The position numbers and the translations under genes were made by a program. Below are positions 42,716 to 54,234 of a DNA stretch of 64,000 nt, in pieces (the stretch's first letter is position 1; each line of letters opens with the position of its first letter). Location: positions 320,001 through 384,000 of the forward strand of contig CAWDSQ010000007.1 of assembly GCA_963804955.1 (NCBI GenBank). Direction: 5' to 3'. The notes under the pieces were generated by a model. The model ran no database searches. It had not been told where the DNA came from and saw only the letters and a list, made by a program, of their open reading frames with translations. Origin of the DNA: an uncultured delta proteobacterium. GTDB taxonomy: Bacteria > Desulfobacterota > WTBG01 > CAIYCZ01 > CAIRTM01.

Positions 42716-44000
42716 TCAAATACGAGGCGGCTTTTTTGTAAGCGTCAGCATAAGCGCGCCTCCGGCGGCAAGCATGCCGGCTAGAACAACCGATGCCCAG
42801 AGGAAGGAGCCTGTTGCATCCTTGACATACCCGTTCAGATACGGGCCGACATAGCCGCCCACATTACCGAAGGAATTGATGAGCCCCACGGCGCCGGCAG
42901 CTGCGGCCCCCGACAGAAAGGTCGTGGGGTAAGACCACCAGAGGCCGAAAGCGCCATATACGCCTATGGCGGTACAGCAGACAAACAAAAAATTAACCTT
43001 CGGGTCCTGGATAAAAGCCCCGGCGCCCATCCCCAGAGCTGCCACAAACAGGGGCACGGCGCCATGCCAGCGCTTCTCGCCCGTGCGCGATGATGATGCG
43101 CCGATATACATCATGGTAAACATCGATAGCACCATGGGGATGACGATCAGCCAGCCGATAGCAAGATTCGACCAGCCCGACAGCTCTTTGAGCGCTGTGG
43201 GCATCCAGTAATTGAATCCCCAAAAGCCGGTGCACCACAAAAAATAGATGCAGCAGAGCTTCAGCACCGTCGCGGTCCCGCAGGGCCTGCCACAGGGTGT
43301 AGTGGCGCGCGGCTTTTTTGGCAGCGGTTTCCTGCTCAAAGCAGGTGCTGAGATGCTCTTTCTCCTGCTCAGTCAGCCATGGGGCATCCCGTGGCCAGTC
43401 TGCAAGCACGAAGAGTATAATGACCCCGAAAGCCACTGCGGGAATGGATTCAAGCAGGAAAAGCATCTGCCAGCCATGCAGTCCGAAAGCCGCAGTGCCT
43501 AAAAGCCATCCGGCAAGGGGCGCGCCGAGGATCGTCGAGATCTGCAGAGAGGTGAGCATGAGGGCAATGGCTTGAGGCCGCTCCTGCGGTGTGAACCAGC
43601 GCGGTATGACGCTTGCGTATATGACAGGATAAAAGCTTGCCTCTGCCGCGCCCAGCAAAAAACGCACGAGGTAGAACTGCCGGGGCGTTTGCACGAAAGC
43701 CATGAAGCATGAAATAATGCCCCAGGTTATAAGTATGCGGGACAGCCAGATGCGTGGACTCCAGCGCTCGGCGATGATGGCGCCCGGCACCTCGAACATG
43801 ACATAGCCTATAAAAAAAACCCCTGCGCCGGCGCCGTAGACCTGCGCCGAAAAACCCAGGTCCGCATTCATCGTAAGGGCTGCATAGGCGATATTGACCC
43901 TGTCGAGATAGGCGATGACTGAGCCGATAAAGGCCGGCAGAATAATATGCAGGTATTTTTTTCGCACAAGGGATGCTGGCTGAACGCTCGAAAGTTTCAT
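42716..44000 (-). CDS. MFS transporter (anion:cation symporter, TtuB-like), frameshift near 43270
   Basis: YLDRVNI, FEVP, RFLLGAAEA, GWQMLFLLE; GLINSFGNVGG in second frame. Confidence 0.85.
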
Positions 44001-44174
44001 TGATTCTGATTGGTTTGACAGGTTATCTCAACAGACAGATATGCGGCATCGCTTCTTCAGACACCAGAATCACTGGCGCAGGGAACCTGCAGAGATACGC
44101 CATTGCTGACGCAGCCTGTAATGGCCCGGCCAATAGCCGGCCGGGGCAGGTTCTCAAAGAGGATGGCACGGCCC

Positions 44175-45152
44175 TCAGCTTCCCGTATTGCGCGGTTTAG
44201 CACTATAGGATTCCTTCAGGGCCTGCACCGTGGCATCAAGAGCCGCCCGGGCTTTCTCCGATGCCAGCGCCCAGGGCACAACCGCATGCCCCTGGCCGGA
44301 AAGCAACACTGTTCGGACCCGCACCCCGCTTTTCTCAAGTGCCGCCCCATAGTGCAGCCCGTCATCACGGGCTACATCTTTTTCTCCAACTATTATAAGA
44401 GCCGGCGGCAGGCCGTGATGGTCGGCAGCCCGCAGCGGCGATGCGTACGAGTTCATGCGGTCTGCGGGGCCAGGCAGATACTGATCGCGAAAATAGACGG
44501 CTTTTTCGCGCGTAAGGCCGGCGCCGGGATTATTCTGACGATAGGAGTCCGTATCAAGTGATGCCAGATCGGTTGCGGCGAATGCCAGCACCTGCAAAAC
44601 AAGTCGCGGCCCGCCGCGATCGCGCGACGCAAGCGCAACGGCCGCTGCAAGATTGCCTCCGGAGCTGTCACCGGCAACGGCAATACGCTCCGGGTCGCTG
44701 TTCAGCCGTCCAGGATTGTTTCGAGCCCAGAGCGTCGCAGCATAGGCGTCTTCAAATGCTGCGGGGAATGTATGTTCGGGCGCGAGCCGGTAATCAACGG
44801 ACACGACGACGCACACGGCGCGGTTACATAAAAAACGGCACACATCGTCATGGGTTGCAGGGCTTCCGGCAGCCCAGCCGCCGCCATGGAAATACACCAG
44901 CACGGGAAAGGGCCCGGTGCCTGCGGGCGTATATATCCGCACCGGAATCGGCGCCTCCGGTCCTGGGATTTCAGTCTTGTCAACCCGCGCTACCGACCGT
45001 TCCCCGGCCGGCGCTTTTGCAAACTCTGCGCTGACGATGCTGCCCAGCATGTGCATGCTGGCGCAGCCTGAGCTCAGAACCACGCATGCAGCAAGGCCCA
45101 GTATGGCCGAAAGCTGCCGGTGCCGCACACACAATCCCCCTGCTCGCTTCAT
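44175..45152 (-). CDS. Alpha/beta hydrolase, hormone-sensitive lipase family esterase
   Basis: HGGG, DYRLAPE, GDSSGG; possible lipobox SSGC. Confidence 0.9.
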   Translation of the reverse strand: MKRAGGLCVRHRQLSAILGLAACVVLSSGCASMHMLGSIVSAEFAKAPAGERSVARVDKTEIPGPEAPIPVRIYTPAGTGPFPVLVYFHGGGWAAGSPATHDDVCRFLCNRAVCVVVSVDYRLAPEHTFPAAFEDAYAATLWARNNPGRLNSDPERIAVAGDSSGGNLAAAVALASRDRGGPRLVLQVLAFAATDLASLDTDSYRQNNPGAGLTREKAVYFRDQYLPGPADRMNSYASPLRAADHHGLPPALIIVGEKDVARDDGLHYGAALEKSGVRVRTVLLSGQGHAVVPWALASEKARAALDATVQALKESYSAKPRNTGS

Positions 45153-45177
45153 GTTACCCTCCTGCCGGTCCCGCAAA

Positions 45178-45894
45178 TCAGCCGTTGATGATTGCAAGCA
45201 TCTCGCGCACCGCGCGCTCCATGCCGACCAGCACCGCCCGCGCGATAATGCTGTGCCCGATGCTGTACTCCTGGATCTCTTTCAGAGGAACCAGGCGCTG
45301 CGTGTTGCGGTAATTAAGCCCGTGGCCCACATTGACGCCCAGGCCCAGGGAAACGGCATGAGCAATGCCCTGTTCGATTCGCTCAAACTCGGCATCTTCC
45401 TGCGCCCGGCTTTTGGCATCGGCATACCGGCCCGTATGAATTTCTATAAATTCAGCGCCTGTTTCACGGGCAGCCTTGATCTGCCCGGCCTCGGCATCGA
45501 TAAAAAGGCTCACCATAATGCCCGCCTCCTGCAGCCCCCGAACCGCCTCGGCTATGGGCTTGTAGGCGCCCGCAACATCAAGCCCGCCCTCCGTGGTGAG
45601 CTCCTGCCGTTTTTCCGGCACCAGGCATGACATGTCGGGCCGGATGCGCCGCGCAATTTCGACCATTTCCGGAACCGCGGCCATTTCGAGGTTGAGCCTG
45701 GTCGTAATCGTCCGGCGAAGGACCTCCACGTCGCGGTCCTGAATATGCCGCCGGTCTTCGCGCAGATGCACGATAATGCCCTGGCAGCCCGCAAGCTCGG
45801 CAAGCGCCGCTGCCGTGACCGGGTCAGGCTCATTTATAAGCCGCGCCTGCCGCACGGTTGCAATATGATCGACATTGACTGAAAGTTTCGCCAT
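45178..45894 (-). CDS. pdxJ: Pyridoxine 5'-phosphate synthase
   Basis: VNVDHIATVRQAR, HLREDRRHI, GHGLNY, IGHSII. Confidence 0.95.
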   Translation of the reverse strand: MAKLSVNVDHIATVRQARLINEPDPVTAAALAELAGCQGIIVHLREDRRHIQDRDVEVLRRTITTRLNLEMAAVPEMVEIARRIRPDMSCLVPEKRQELTTEGGLDVAGAYKPIAEAVRGLQEAGIMVSLFIDAEAGQIKAARETGAEFIEIHTGRYADAKSRAQEDAEFERIEQGIAHAVSLGLGVNVGHGLNYRNTQRLVPLKEIQEYSIGHSIIARAVLVGMERAVREMLAIING

Positions 45895-45924
45895 AGCATA
45901 TCTCCTGTAAAGTACGCTGGTACA

Positions 45925-46813
45925 TCACCGGGCTTTTTTTATAGCCGCCGCAACCCGCGCAACATCGCGCATCATGGCAGCATTGTGCACACGCACGATA
46001 TGCGCGCCGTTATAGACTGCCACGGCAACAGCCGCAGCCGTGCCGTCATCGCGCTGCGCTGCCTCCCTGTTCGTGACCCTGCCGATGAATGCTTTGCGCG
46101 ATGGCCCTACGAGCACCGGCCTGCCGAGACCGGCAAATTCATGCAGCCGCTGCAAAATTAAAAAATTATCCATGTCGACCGATTTCCCAAAGCCGATGCC
46201 GGGATCGATAATAATTTTATCCTCGGCAATTCCAGCCGCAACCGCCGCTGTCAGGCGCTCATGAAAAAAGGCTGTCAGCACTTCGATCAGGCTTGCATAA
46301 GAGGTGTTCTGCTGCATGGTTGCGGGAGTGCCGCGCATATGCATGAGGACGACAGGCGCGCCGCTTTCGGCCACCACCCGGGCCATGGCCCCGTCAAACC
46401 GCAGGGCGCTCACATCGTTCACCATCTGGGCGCCTGCGGCAAGCGCCTGCCGGGCAACTTCGGCCTTGCGTGGTATCGATTGAAACAGGCACAGCCGTCT
46501 TTTCTGCAAGCCCCTGTATCACCGGCAGCACGCGGTCAAGCTCCTGGGCAAGCGGCACGGGAGCAGCGCCGGGCCGTGTCGACTCGCCGCCGACATCGAT
46601 AATGTCAGCTCCCCGGGCGGCAAGCTCAATGCCGCTGGCGACTGCTGCCTGCGCGTCCGGATAGGTTCCGCCATCGGAAAAAGAATCAGGGGTCACATTA
46701 AGGATGCCCATAATGAACGGGCCCTGGGCAAAGTCGAACGTGCGGCTGCGGCAGACCAGGGGAGGGGGCGATTGCGGATTGCGGATTGCGGATTGCGGAT
46801 TTTGGCTTGTCAT
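45925..46813 (-). CDS. folP: Dihydropteroate synthase, frameshift near 46470
   Basis: MGILNVTPDSFSDGG, GGESTRPG, SIDT; DPGIGFGK, SRK, VRVH in second frame. Confidence 0.9.
46770..46801. repeat. Heptamer tandem repeat (gattgcg)x4 plus partial
   Basis: Direct reading; lies in the 5' end of folP. Confidence 0.9.
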
Positions 46814-46905
46814 TATGGGTTCAATCTGTTTTCTTCACACCGAAATCCGCACTAGCACAGCCGGCTTGCAGTCCAAAAGCTGCGCTCTACACAACTCAAA
46901 TCATT

Positions 46906-48792
46906 TCAGGTTTGCGTATCAACGGCCTGCACTGACGGTTTCTCTTCAGGTGCAGGCTGCTCTTTGAGCGCAGGCTTCTCTTCGGGTACGGGTTTCGGCT
47001 CAAGCTTTTTGCCGCTGACGATAGCGTTCACATCATCGGTATCAAGCGATTCGCGTTCAAGAAGATTTTCCGCAAGCCGCTTGAGGGTCTCGATATTCTC
47101 ACTCAGCAGCTTTGTGACTATCGTGTGACTCTCCTCGATGATACGCCTGACCTCGGCGTCGATCTCGACCGCCGTTGCTTCGCTGAAATCGCGGTGCTGT
47201 GCGATTTCGCGCCCGAGGAATATCTGCTCCTCTTTCTTGCCATAGGTGATCGGCCCGAGCTTTTCGCTCATGCCCCAGGCGCAGACCATCTTGCGGGCCA
47301 GATCGCTTGCGCGCTCGATGTCATTGCCGGCGCCGGTTGTCACATCGTTGAAAATCAGCTCTTCGGCCACCCTGCCGCCAAGCAGTATGGCGATCTGGTT
47401 GTTGAGATAGTCCTTCTTGTAGGTGTGCTTCTCATCAATAGGAAGCTGCTGCGTGAGCCCCAGGGCCATGCCGCGGGGGATGATCGTGACCTTGTGAATA
47501 GGGTCGGTGCCGGGAAGCATGATTGCCACAAGCGTATGCCCGGCTTCATGATAGGCAGTGAGATTTTTCTCCTGCGGGCTGATGATCAGGCTTTTGCGTT
47601 CGGCGCCCATGAGAACCTTGTCCTTGGCATGCTCAAAATGCCGCATGCCGAGCTTGTCAGATTCCTCGCGAGCGGCGAGAAGGGCCGCTTCGTTCACGAG
47701 ATTCGCAAGATCCGCTCCGCAAAACCCCGGCGTGCCCCGGGCAATTACGGTCAGGTCAACATCTTCGGCAAGGGGGGTCTTCTTTGTATGCACTTTCAGT
47801 ATGCCTTCGCGGCCCCGGACATCGGGTATCGGCACTATGATACGGCGGTCAAACCGCCCGGGGCGCAGCAGCGCCGGGTCGAGCACGTCGGGCCGGTTGG
47901 TCGCGGCCACCAGAATAACGCCCTCGTTTGACTCAAAGCCGTCCATTTCCACGAGCAGCTGGTTCAGGGTCTGTTCGCGCTCGTCATGCCCGCCCCCGAG
48001 GCCAGCTCCGCGATGCCGGCCCACGGCATCGATTTCATCGATAAAAATAATGCAGGGGGCATTTTTCTTGCCCTGGGTGAACAGATCGCGCACGCGCGCA
48101 GCTCCTACGCCCACAAACATCTCCACAAAGTCCGAGCCGCTGATGCTGAAAAACGGCACGCCCGCCTCACCGGCAATGGCCCGGGCAAGAAGGGTTTTTC
48201 CGGTTCCCGGCGAGCCGATAAGAATCACGCCCTTGGGAATTTTGCCGCCGAGCTTGGTGAATTTTTTCGGGTCTTTCAAAAACGAGATAATCTCCTCAAC
48301 CTCGTTCTTGGCCTCTTCGATGCCCGAAACATCTTCGAAAGTTATCTTCTGCTGGTTTTCGGCAAGCAGCTTGGCGCGGCTCTTGCCGAAGGACATGGCC
48401 TTGCCGCCGCCCGACTGGACCTGGCGCATGAAAAACACCCACACGCCGATAAGCAGCAGCATGGGGAACCACGAAATCATAAGCTGCATCCACCACGAAG
48501 ACTGCTCGTCGGGCCGCACATCAACGGTCACGCCCTTGCCGACCATTTCCCGCACAAGATCAGAGTCGGCAATGGCATAGGTTTTAAATTCCTTGTTGTT
48601 GGTGAACCGGCCATAGATATTGTTGCCCTGAATATTTGCTTCCTGAATCTCGCCGCGGTCAAGAGCGGTTTTGAATTCGCTGAAAAGCACTTTCTGCCGT
48701 ACGCCCTTTGGCTGGCTGAACAGATTAAACAGCAGGATAACTATCAGCACGATTGAAAGCCAGATGGCTATATTCTTATGTAATGGATTCAT
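46906..48792 (-). CDS. ftsH: ATP-dependent zinc metalloprotease FtsH
   Basis: 2 TMs; [26 protein letters not shown]. Confidence 0.97.
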   Translation of the reverse strand: MNPLHKNIAIWLSIVLIVILLFNLFSQPKGVRQKVLFSEFKTALDRGEIQEANIQGNNIYGRFTNNKEFKTYAIADSDLVREMVGKGVTVDVRPDEQSSWWMQLMISWFPMLLLIGVWVFFMRQVQSGGGKAMSFGKSRAKLLAENQQKITFEDVSGIEEAKNEVEEIISFLKDPKKFTKLGGKIPKGVILIGSPGTGKTLLARAIAGEAGVPFFSISGSDFVEMFVGVGAARVRDLFTQGKKNAPCIIFIDEIDAVGRHRGAGLGGGHDEREQTLNQLLVEMDGFESNEGVILVAATNRPDVLDPALLRPGRFDRRIIVPIPDVRGREGILKVHTKKTPLAEDVDLTVIARGTPGFCGADLANLVNEAALLAAREESDKLGMRHFEHAKDKVLMGAERKSLIISPQEKNLTAYHEAGHTLVAIMLPGTDPIHKVTIIPRGMALGLTQQLPIDEKHTYKKDYLNNQIAILLGGRVAEELIFNDVTTGAGNDIERASDLARKMVCAWGMSEKLGPITYGKKEEQIFLGREIAQHRDFSEATAVEIDAEVRRIIEESHTIVTKLLSENIETLKRLAENLLERESLDTDDVNAIVSGKKLEPKPVPEEKPALKEQPAPEEKPSVQAVDTQT

Positions 48793-48871
48793 AGAGGCCC
48801 TCGCCGTAAACAGAGATAAAATCAGTTGGTTTCAGTTTTCATCCTTATTGTATAACACAAGCGCACACCCG

Positions 48872-50324
48872 CTACAATATCAAATGCGCGCTGCGGGCTG
48901 CAGAGTCACCTTGAGCGCGGCAGTCGCTGCCCGGCAGAATTTTAAAGCGTTCATCAAGGCGCAGCCCGCAGACCCAGGCGATGCGCTCCCCGAACAGCAG
49001 CACCGGCACATGCCGGCGCTCAGGCGGCGGAATCTTCAGGTCGCTAAACAAATCCTTGAGCTTTTTGCTGCCCGGAGCCCCCAGCGGGTAAAAAACATCA
49101 CCCGGCTGCCACTGCCTTACCGTCACCGGCCCCACAGCCTTGTCAGCGGCAATATGGGCAGACCAGCGTATCGGCATTGTCAAACACCGCCCTGCTGTCG
49201 GCAAGCGGCACGGTCTCAAATCGCAGGCTCACGCCGAGCTCGGCAATAGCAAGTCAATGCCGGAATCTCATCAGCTCGTATAGTAAAATGACTCCGGCTC
49301 AGCGTCTGCGCCGGGCAAAAACAAGCGAGCCGTACTGCCTGCGCACGCACCACGGGCCCGGCAGCTGCACCGTGCGCGAGGGGCCCGGATTTTCGATAAG
49401 CCGGATAACGGCTGCAATATGCTTTTCCGTCAGCTCCCGCGTATCCCCTTTAAGCCCGGCAATGATCCGCCGCACGAGCCGTCCATACAGGTCAGGGCCT
49501 GCTTCCTGAAGCGCCGCTATGGCAATAGTATGCTCGTCCTGCCGTATTTCAACATGGCTGCTCACCATGTCTTCCACCAGCGTTTCCAGCGCCTGCTCAT
49601 CCTGCCGCACAAGAGCCGCTGTGCGGCCAAGTGTTGCGACAATGCCGGGATTATACTCTTCGCGCAGCAGCGGCAGGAGCTGGTGGCGAATTTTGTTTCT
49701 CAGGTAGTGCTGCTCGCCGGCCGACGTGTCGGGAACAAACGCAATGCCGCGCTCGCGCAGCCAGGCTTCAATCTCGCGCCGCTCAACGCAGATAAGGGGC
49801 CGTATGATATACCCGTCGCGGCATGCCGGTATGCCGGCAAGGCCTTTCAGCGATGCGCCCCGAACAAGGCGCATGAGAACGGTTTCGGCCTGATCATCTG
49901 CATGATGGGCAAGGGCGAGCTTGTTTGCCCCTGTTGCAGCCATGGCATCTCGAAAAAACCCGTAGCGCACTTCGCGGGCGGCCTCCTGCAGCGAAAGCCC
50001 GCTTGCGCCTTTGTAGCCCGGCACATCCCGCGCCTCGGCCACGCAGGCAATGCCGAGCCGCCCGGCAAGCTCCTGCACAAAAACGGCCTCGCGCCGCGCC
50101 TCCTCGCCCCTGATGCCGTGGTCCATATGGGCAACTGCTGAGCTGTATGCCTCAGTCGCTCTTTCAGCCGTGCAGAGCATATGCAGCATGGCCACGGAAT
50201 CCGCCCCGCCCGACACGGCCGCCAGCACATGATCTCCCGGGCTGATCATCCCATATTTTTTGATGGTGCGCAGGACCCGCTGCTCAAGCGGGGATAGCAA
50301 TTTTTCAAACGTCAGTATACGCAT
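48872..50324 (-). CDS. tilS: tRNA(Ile)-lysidine synthase, frameshifts near 49200-49300
   Basis: SGGADS PP-loop, HHADDQAET, RNKIR; C-terminal KKLKDLFSDLKIP in ORF 48872-49219; upstream of ftsH. Confidence 0.9.
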
Positions 50325-50393
50325 GGTTCCTTAAAATAAGCAGGAGCTGTTTCACTTTGTTAAATCCGGAATCTTAAATTTTGAATGCATTGT

Positions 50394-50468
50394 ACTCCGC
50401 GAACTCTGAACGCGCACCCGCACTGCGCCACCACTGACTCCGAACTCCGAACTCTGAACCCCGAACCC
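50394..50468. repeat. Degenerate heptamer repeats (actccga / actctga / accccga)
   Basis: actccgaactccgaactctgaaccccgaaccc between cupin gene and tilS. Confidence 0.6.
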
Positions 50469-50469
50469 T

Positions 50470-50829
50470 TTACATCACTTCCTCATCCTCCTGCCTCCAG
50501 GCCGGATCGACAATGCACAAAAAACTAAGATCCATAGAGCCTGAATTATACAGGCTCTGCACAGCATGCGGGGGAATATAGATTGCCTGCCCCGGCCCCA
50601 CAGGGGCGGTTTCATCATTAATATGCATGAGGCCCTCACCTGCCAGTATATAATATACTTCGGAGGTGCGCAGCCGGTGCCGAAGACTTGTCTGCCCGGG
50701 CTCAACCACGGCATGGGCGAGGCTATAGTTTATTTTAAGGTCTGCCTTGTCAGGATGCAAAAGCTCCCGCAGGTGCGTTGCATCACCGGCCAAAAACGGC
50801 TCGCATGCGCTTAAGTCCTTGATAAACAT
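50470..50829 (-). CDS. Cupin domain protein
   Basis: HRL..SEVYYILAGEG, GQAIYIPP. Confidence 0.85.
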   Translation of the reverse strand: MFIKDLSACEPFLAGDATHLRELLHPDKADLKINYSLAHAVVEPGQTSLRHRLRTSEVYYILAGEGLMHINDETAPVGPGQAIYIPPHAVQSLYNSGSMDLSFLCIVDPAWRQEDEEVM

Positions 50830-51040
50830 ATCTTTTCTCCTAAAAAATAGCCCTTTGCACCAGTATTTCATCTTATAGCGAATAAGCCCGGCAGGCAAAC
50901 AAAATCAGGCTTTTTTGAACTATTTATATATATATTGTTCATGAGTATTGACAAAATGCCGAAAATACAATAAGTTACGACTTGGTCGCATTAAGGTTTA
51001 CGAAACATTCCTAAAAATCAACCTTATAAAGGAGTCGTTT

Positions 51041-52121
51041 GTGGAGCGCAAACACGGTGGGAACATCTATCAGGTTGCCCGTCAGCTGGGCGTTAAACCC
51101 GAAACCATCATTGACTTCAGCGCAAGCATCAACCCGCTCGGGTATGCCCCTCGGGTCAAGAAAGCCCTTGCAGCTCCCGACACAGCCGTGCTTAACTATC
51201 CGGACCCCAACGCTGAGGCCTTTATCAATGCTCTTGCGGCATACCACAAACTCCCGGCCGGCCATTTTATCGCGGGCAACGGATCAAGCGAGTTCATACA
51301 CCTGCTGCCCTATACTCTGAAACCCAAAAGCGTGCTGATCGTCGCGCCGGCCTTCACCGAGTATGAGCACACCTATCAGCGCGCCAAGGGCGTGGTGTTC
51401 TTCTTTACCACAACCGAAAAAGACGGCTTTGCGATTCAGGAAAAAGCCCTGTTTGATGAGCTCAGGCGCGGCTACAGCGCCGTATACTTCTGCAATCCCG
51501 GCTGCCCAACCGGCGTGCTGCATCCGCCCAAAATGCTCCGGGAGCTGGTCGCCGTTGCCGCAAAAAAAAGCACTGCCGTTATCCTGGATGAAACCTTCAT
51601 TGATTTTGCCGAAGAAAATTCACTGAAGGAAGAAACAGCGCGCTTTGAAAACCTTTTGATCCTTCGGTCTATGACCAAATTTTTCGCCCTGCCCGGGCCT
51701 TCGGGCAGGCTATGCGATCACCCATCCTAAAAACGTTGAAAAATGGCGCGAGCAGCTGCCGCCCTGGAGCATGAACGCCCTGGCTCAGCGCGCGGCAACC
51801 GAAAGCCTGCTGGATGCCACGCATATCCAGAAAACCCTGCAGTTCATACAGGAAAACCGCGACGCCCTTGCCGCCGATCTGAAAGCACTGCCGCACCTGA
51901 CCGTATTCAAAAGCAGCGCGAATTTCCTTCTCGTCAAGCTTGCCGACGCGGCTCGCCTCAATGCTCCGCAACTGGCGGAGAAGCTGCTCGCCAAAGGCAT
52001 ACTCATCCGCTCCTGCGAAGACTTTCAGGGCCTGACCGACCGCTATTTCCGCGTGGCCGTGAAGAAAAAAATCGAAAACAAAAAGCTCTGCTCAGAGCTG
52101 AAAAAGCTTCTGGGCAAGTAA
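51041..52121 (+). CDS. cobD: PLP-dependent threonine-phosphate decarboxylase (CobD/HisC-like), frameshifts near 51700
   Basis: HGGN, DFSASINPLG, GNGSSE, DETFIDF, RSMTKFFALPG; SANFLL, GILIRSC, FRVAV in second frame. Confidence 0.75.
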
Positions 52122-52155
52122 GCCAACGTTCAGTCAGCTCATGCCGAAAAATTCA

Positions 52156-52181
52156 CAGGCGGACAGAACCTTGTCCGCCTG
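52156..52181. terminator. Hairpin after cobD-like gene
   Basis: caggcggaca-gaacct-tgtccgcctg; short T tail only. Confidence 0.45.
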
Positions 52182-52428
52182 TTGTACATTCCGGGCAGCC
52201 CGGCTGTGCTGCTTGCTTTGCACTCAGGCTCGTCTGACATGCGTCTGCCTTTTGCAGCACCTTAACAGAGCAGCCTGCTATGATCGAGGTCTGTGCCAGT
52301 AGAGCGCTCTGCCACATAGGTATATCAGAGCGGCAGAGCGCAGCACCGTAGGAGCCCATGATCACGGCAGCACTTCTTCAGAGGCGTATCGACGGGGATA
52401 CTCAATCAAATACTACGAGCATACACTA

Positions 52429-53134
52429 ATGACTCAGGAAAAATTTCAGATAGAGCTTGACGACAGACGCATCGATGGTGTTCTGCACCTGTGCGAAAAA
52501 AGGGCTCCGGCGGTTATCACCTGCCATGGGCTTTTCAGCAGCAAGCAAAGCGACAAGTTTCTCCAAATAGCCGAGTCATTCTCTCGAGAAGGCTTTGCAG
52601 TAGCGCGGTTTGACTTCGGCGGCTGCGGTGAAAGCACGGGCGATATCGCCGACACCACGGTCACCCGCCGCCTGAAGGAGCTGGAAGCCGTGATGCATCA
52701 TCTATCCGGCCATGCACAACTGTCGGGCAGGTACGGCATACTGGGCAGCTCCCTTGGGGGCTATGCGGGGCTTCTGTACGCAGCCCGGCATCCCGTTGCA
52801 CGCCCTCTCCGTATGGGCGACGCCCTGCGATCTGCTGTCGATAAGCAAAAACATACCGCAGGCAGACCTGCACAAACTCAGGCAGGAATTTTTCTCCGAC
52901 GCCCGCACGTATAATCTGCCGGCGGCTGTTTCAGGCATGCGATCAGTGCAGGTCATTCAGGGGCGGAAGGATGAAATTGTGCCATGGCGCCATGCAGAAC
53001 TGATCCACCAGGCTTTGCATGACCCGAAGGAGCTGATCTTTCTGCCGGAAGCCGATCATTCCATATCGCAGCCGCAACAGCGCCGGCAGGCAATCGCGCA
53101 CAGCCTGGCATGGTTCAAACGGCGCCTGCTGTAG
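52429..53134 (+). CDS. Alpha/beta hydrolase, frameshift near 52800
   Basis: CHG, FDFGGCGES, GSSLGG; QGRKDEIVP, ADH in second frame. Confidence 0.85.
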
Positions 53135-53208
53135 CAGGCGTGAGAGCGTTTTTATTTTTACTATAGTCCAAACAATAGCGCGCACAAAAAGCCCGCAATG
53201 TCTCTTCC

Positions 53209-53286
53209 CGTCATGCCGGCGAAAGCCGGCATCCAGTGGTTTAAGAATCAGCTTTTTTCTGGACCCCGGTTTTCACCGGGGTGACG
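53209..53286. repeat. GTCA-type REP doublet
   Basis: cgtcatgccggcgaaagccggcatccag...ctggaccccggttttcaccggggtgacg between convergent genes. Confidence 0.75.
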
Positions 53287-53371
53287 ACTCTTCAAAACTT
53301 AATCACATAATTCAACGAACATGAGCGGCTGCACTATATTGAAAAATGCTTTAGGGTGTCCGCTTGCTTCT

Positions 53372-54103
53372 TTAATCAACAATCCTCTCAATAATATCGG
53401 CAATCCGCCCGGCCACCAGCCGGACATTTCTTTTCAGCCGCAGCGCCCGCAGAATTTCTCCGGGATGCTGTATAAAATAAGCGCTTGTTCCCCTGCGGCC
53501 GGCTTTTTTTTTACACGCATAAAAAGCTTCAATATTAAATGCATCCTCCCTGGCCGTATCTGAGACGATGCGTATATCCAGAAACGCTACTCCCGCAGCG
53601 CAGAACCGTTTGGCAAGCGAAGCGCTTTCCATATCGATCACCCCGGCGCCGGTATGTGCAAAAATGCGCTGCTTCTGGCCGGCTGTATGGATAAATGTGC
53701 CGACGGTGAAGCAGTCGCCCCGGTATACCGGCATAGCCGCAGCGCTCAGATGGGCGGTGACGCGCTCGGACCGAAGCGCGTCGGCTGCAAAACAGCCTCC
53801 CGCATGGTGTAAAATATTTTTTATTATGACGATATCTCCCACCTGCAGCGCCGGGTCAGCCGCGCCTGCCGCCCCGATGGACATGACCGCTTGCGGAGCA
53901 TACTCTTTCAAAATCCTGTTTGCCGCAGCACCGGCCTTTTTCGGGCCCACGCCGGTCTGCACAAGAAGCAGGTCCCGGCTGTTGATGCGACCGTAAAAAC
54001 AATGCATGCCCGGGCGGCTTTCACGGCGAACCTGCCTCATTCGCTTCAGCACGCCGTTCAGCTCTTCATCTGTCGCAGCGATAATCACAAACACTGTCAG
54101 CAT
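53372..54103 (-). CDS. MTA/SAH nucleosidase / purine nucleoside phosphorylase family
   Basis: TGVGP, GAAGA, IDMES, RIVSD. Confidence 0.8.
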   Translation of the reverse strand: MLTVFVIIAATDEELNGVLKRMRQVRRESRPGMHCFYGRINSRDLLLVQTGVGPKKAGAAANRILKEYAPQAVMSIGAAGAADPALQVGDIVIIKNILHHAGGCFAADALRSERVTAHLSAAAMPVYRGDCFTVGTFIHTAGQKQRIFAHTGAGVIDMESASLAKRFCAAGVAFLDIRIVSDTAREDAFNIEAFYACKKKAGRRGTSAYFIQHPGEILRALRLKRNVRLVAGRIADIIERIVD

Positions 54104-54234
54104 CCTTATATTTTGTTGCTCAAAGCTACGGCATGTCGGCATGAAATGCAATGGCAAAAAAAGGTTTTATGCAGCGGCAAGTTATGGTAAACATAACAAT
54201 TCAACGCTGCAATAAACACATTAAGGAGCATTTC

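Noticed and set aside
47125..48756. Long plus-strand ORFs (268, 340, 256 aa)
   Set aside because: Antisense shadows of ftsH
45925..52121. Programmed frameshifting or true pseudogenes in folP, tilS, cobD-like
   Set aside because: No consistent slippery sites; the pattern across unrelated genes fits sequencing error
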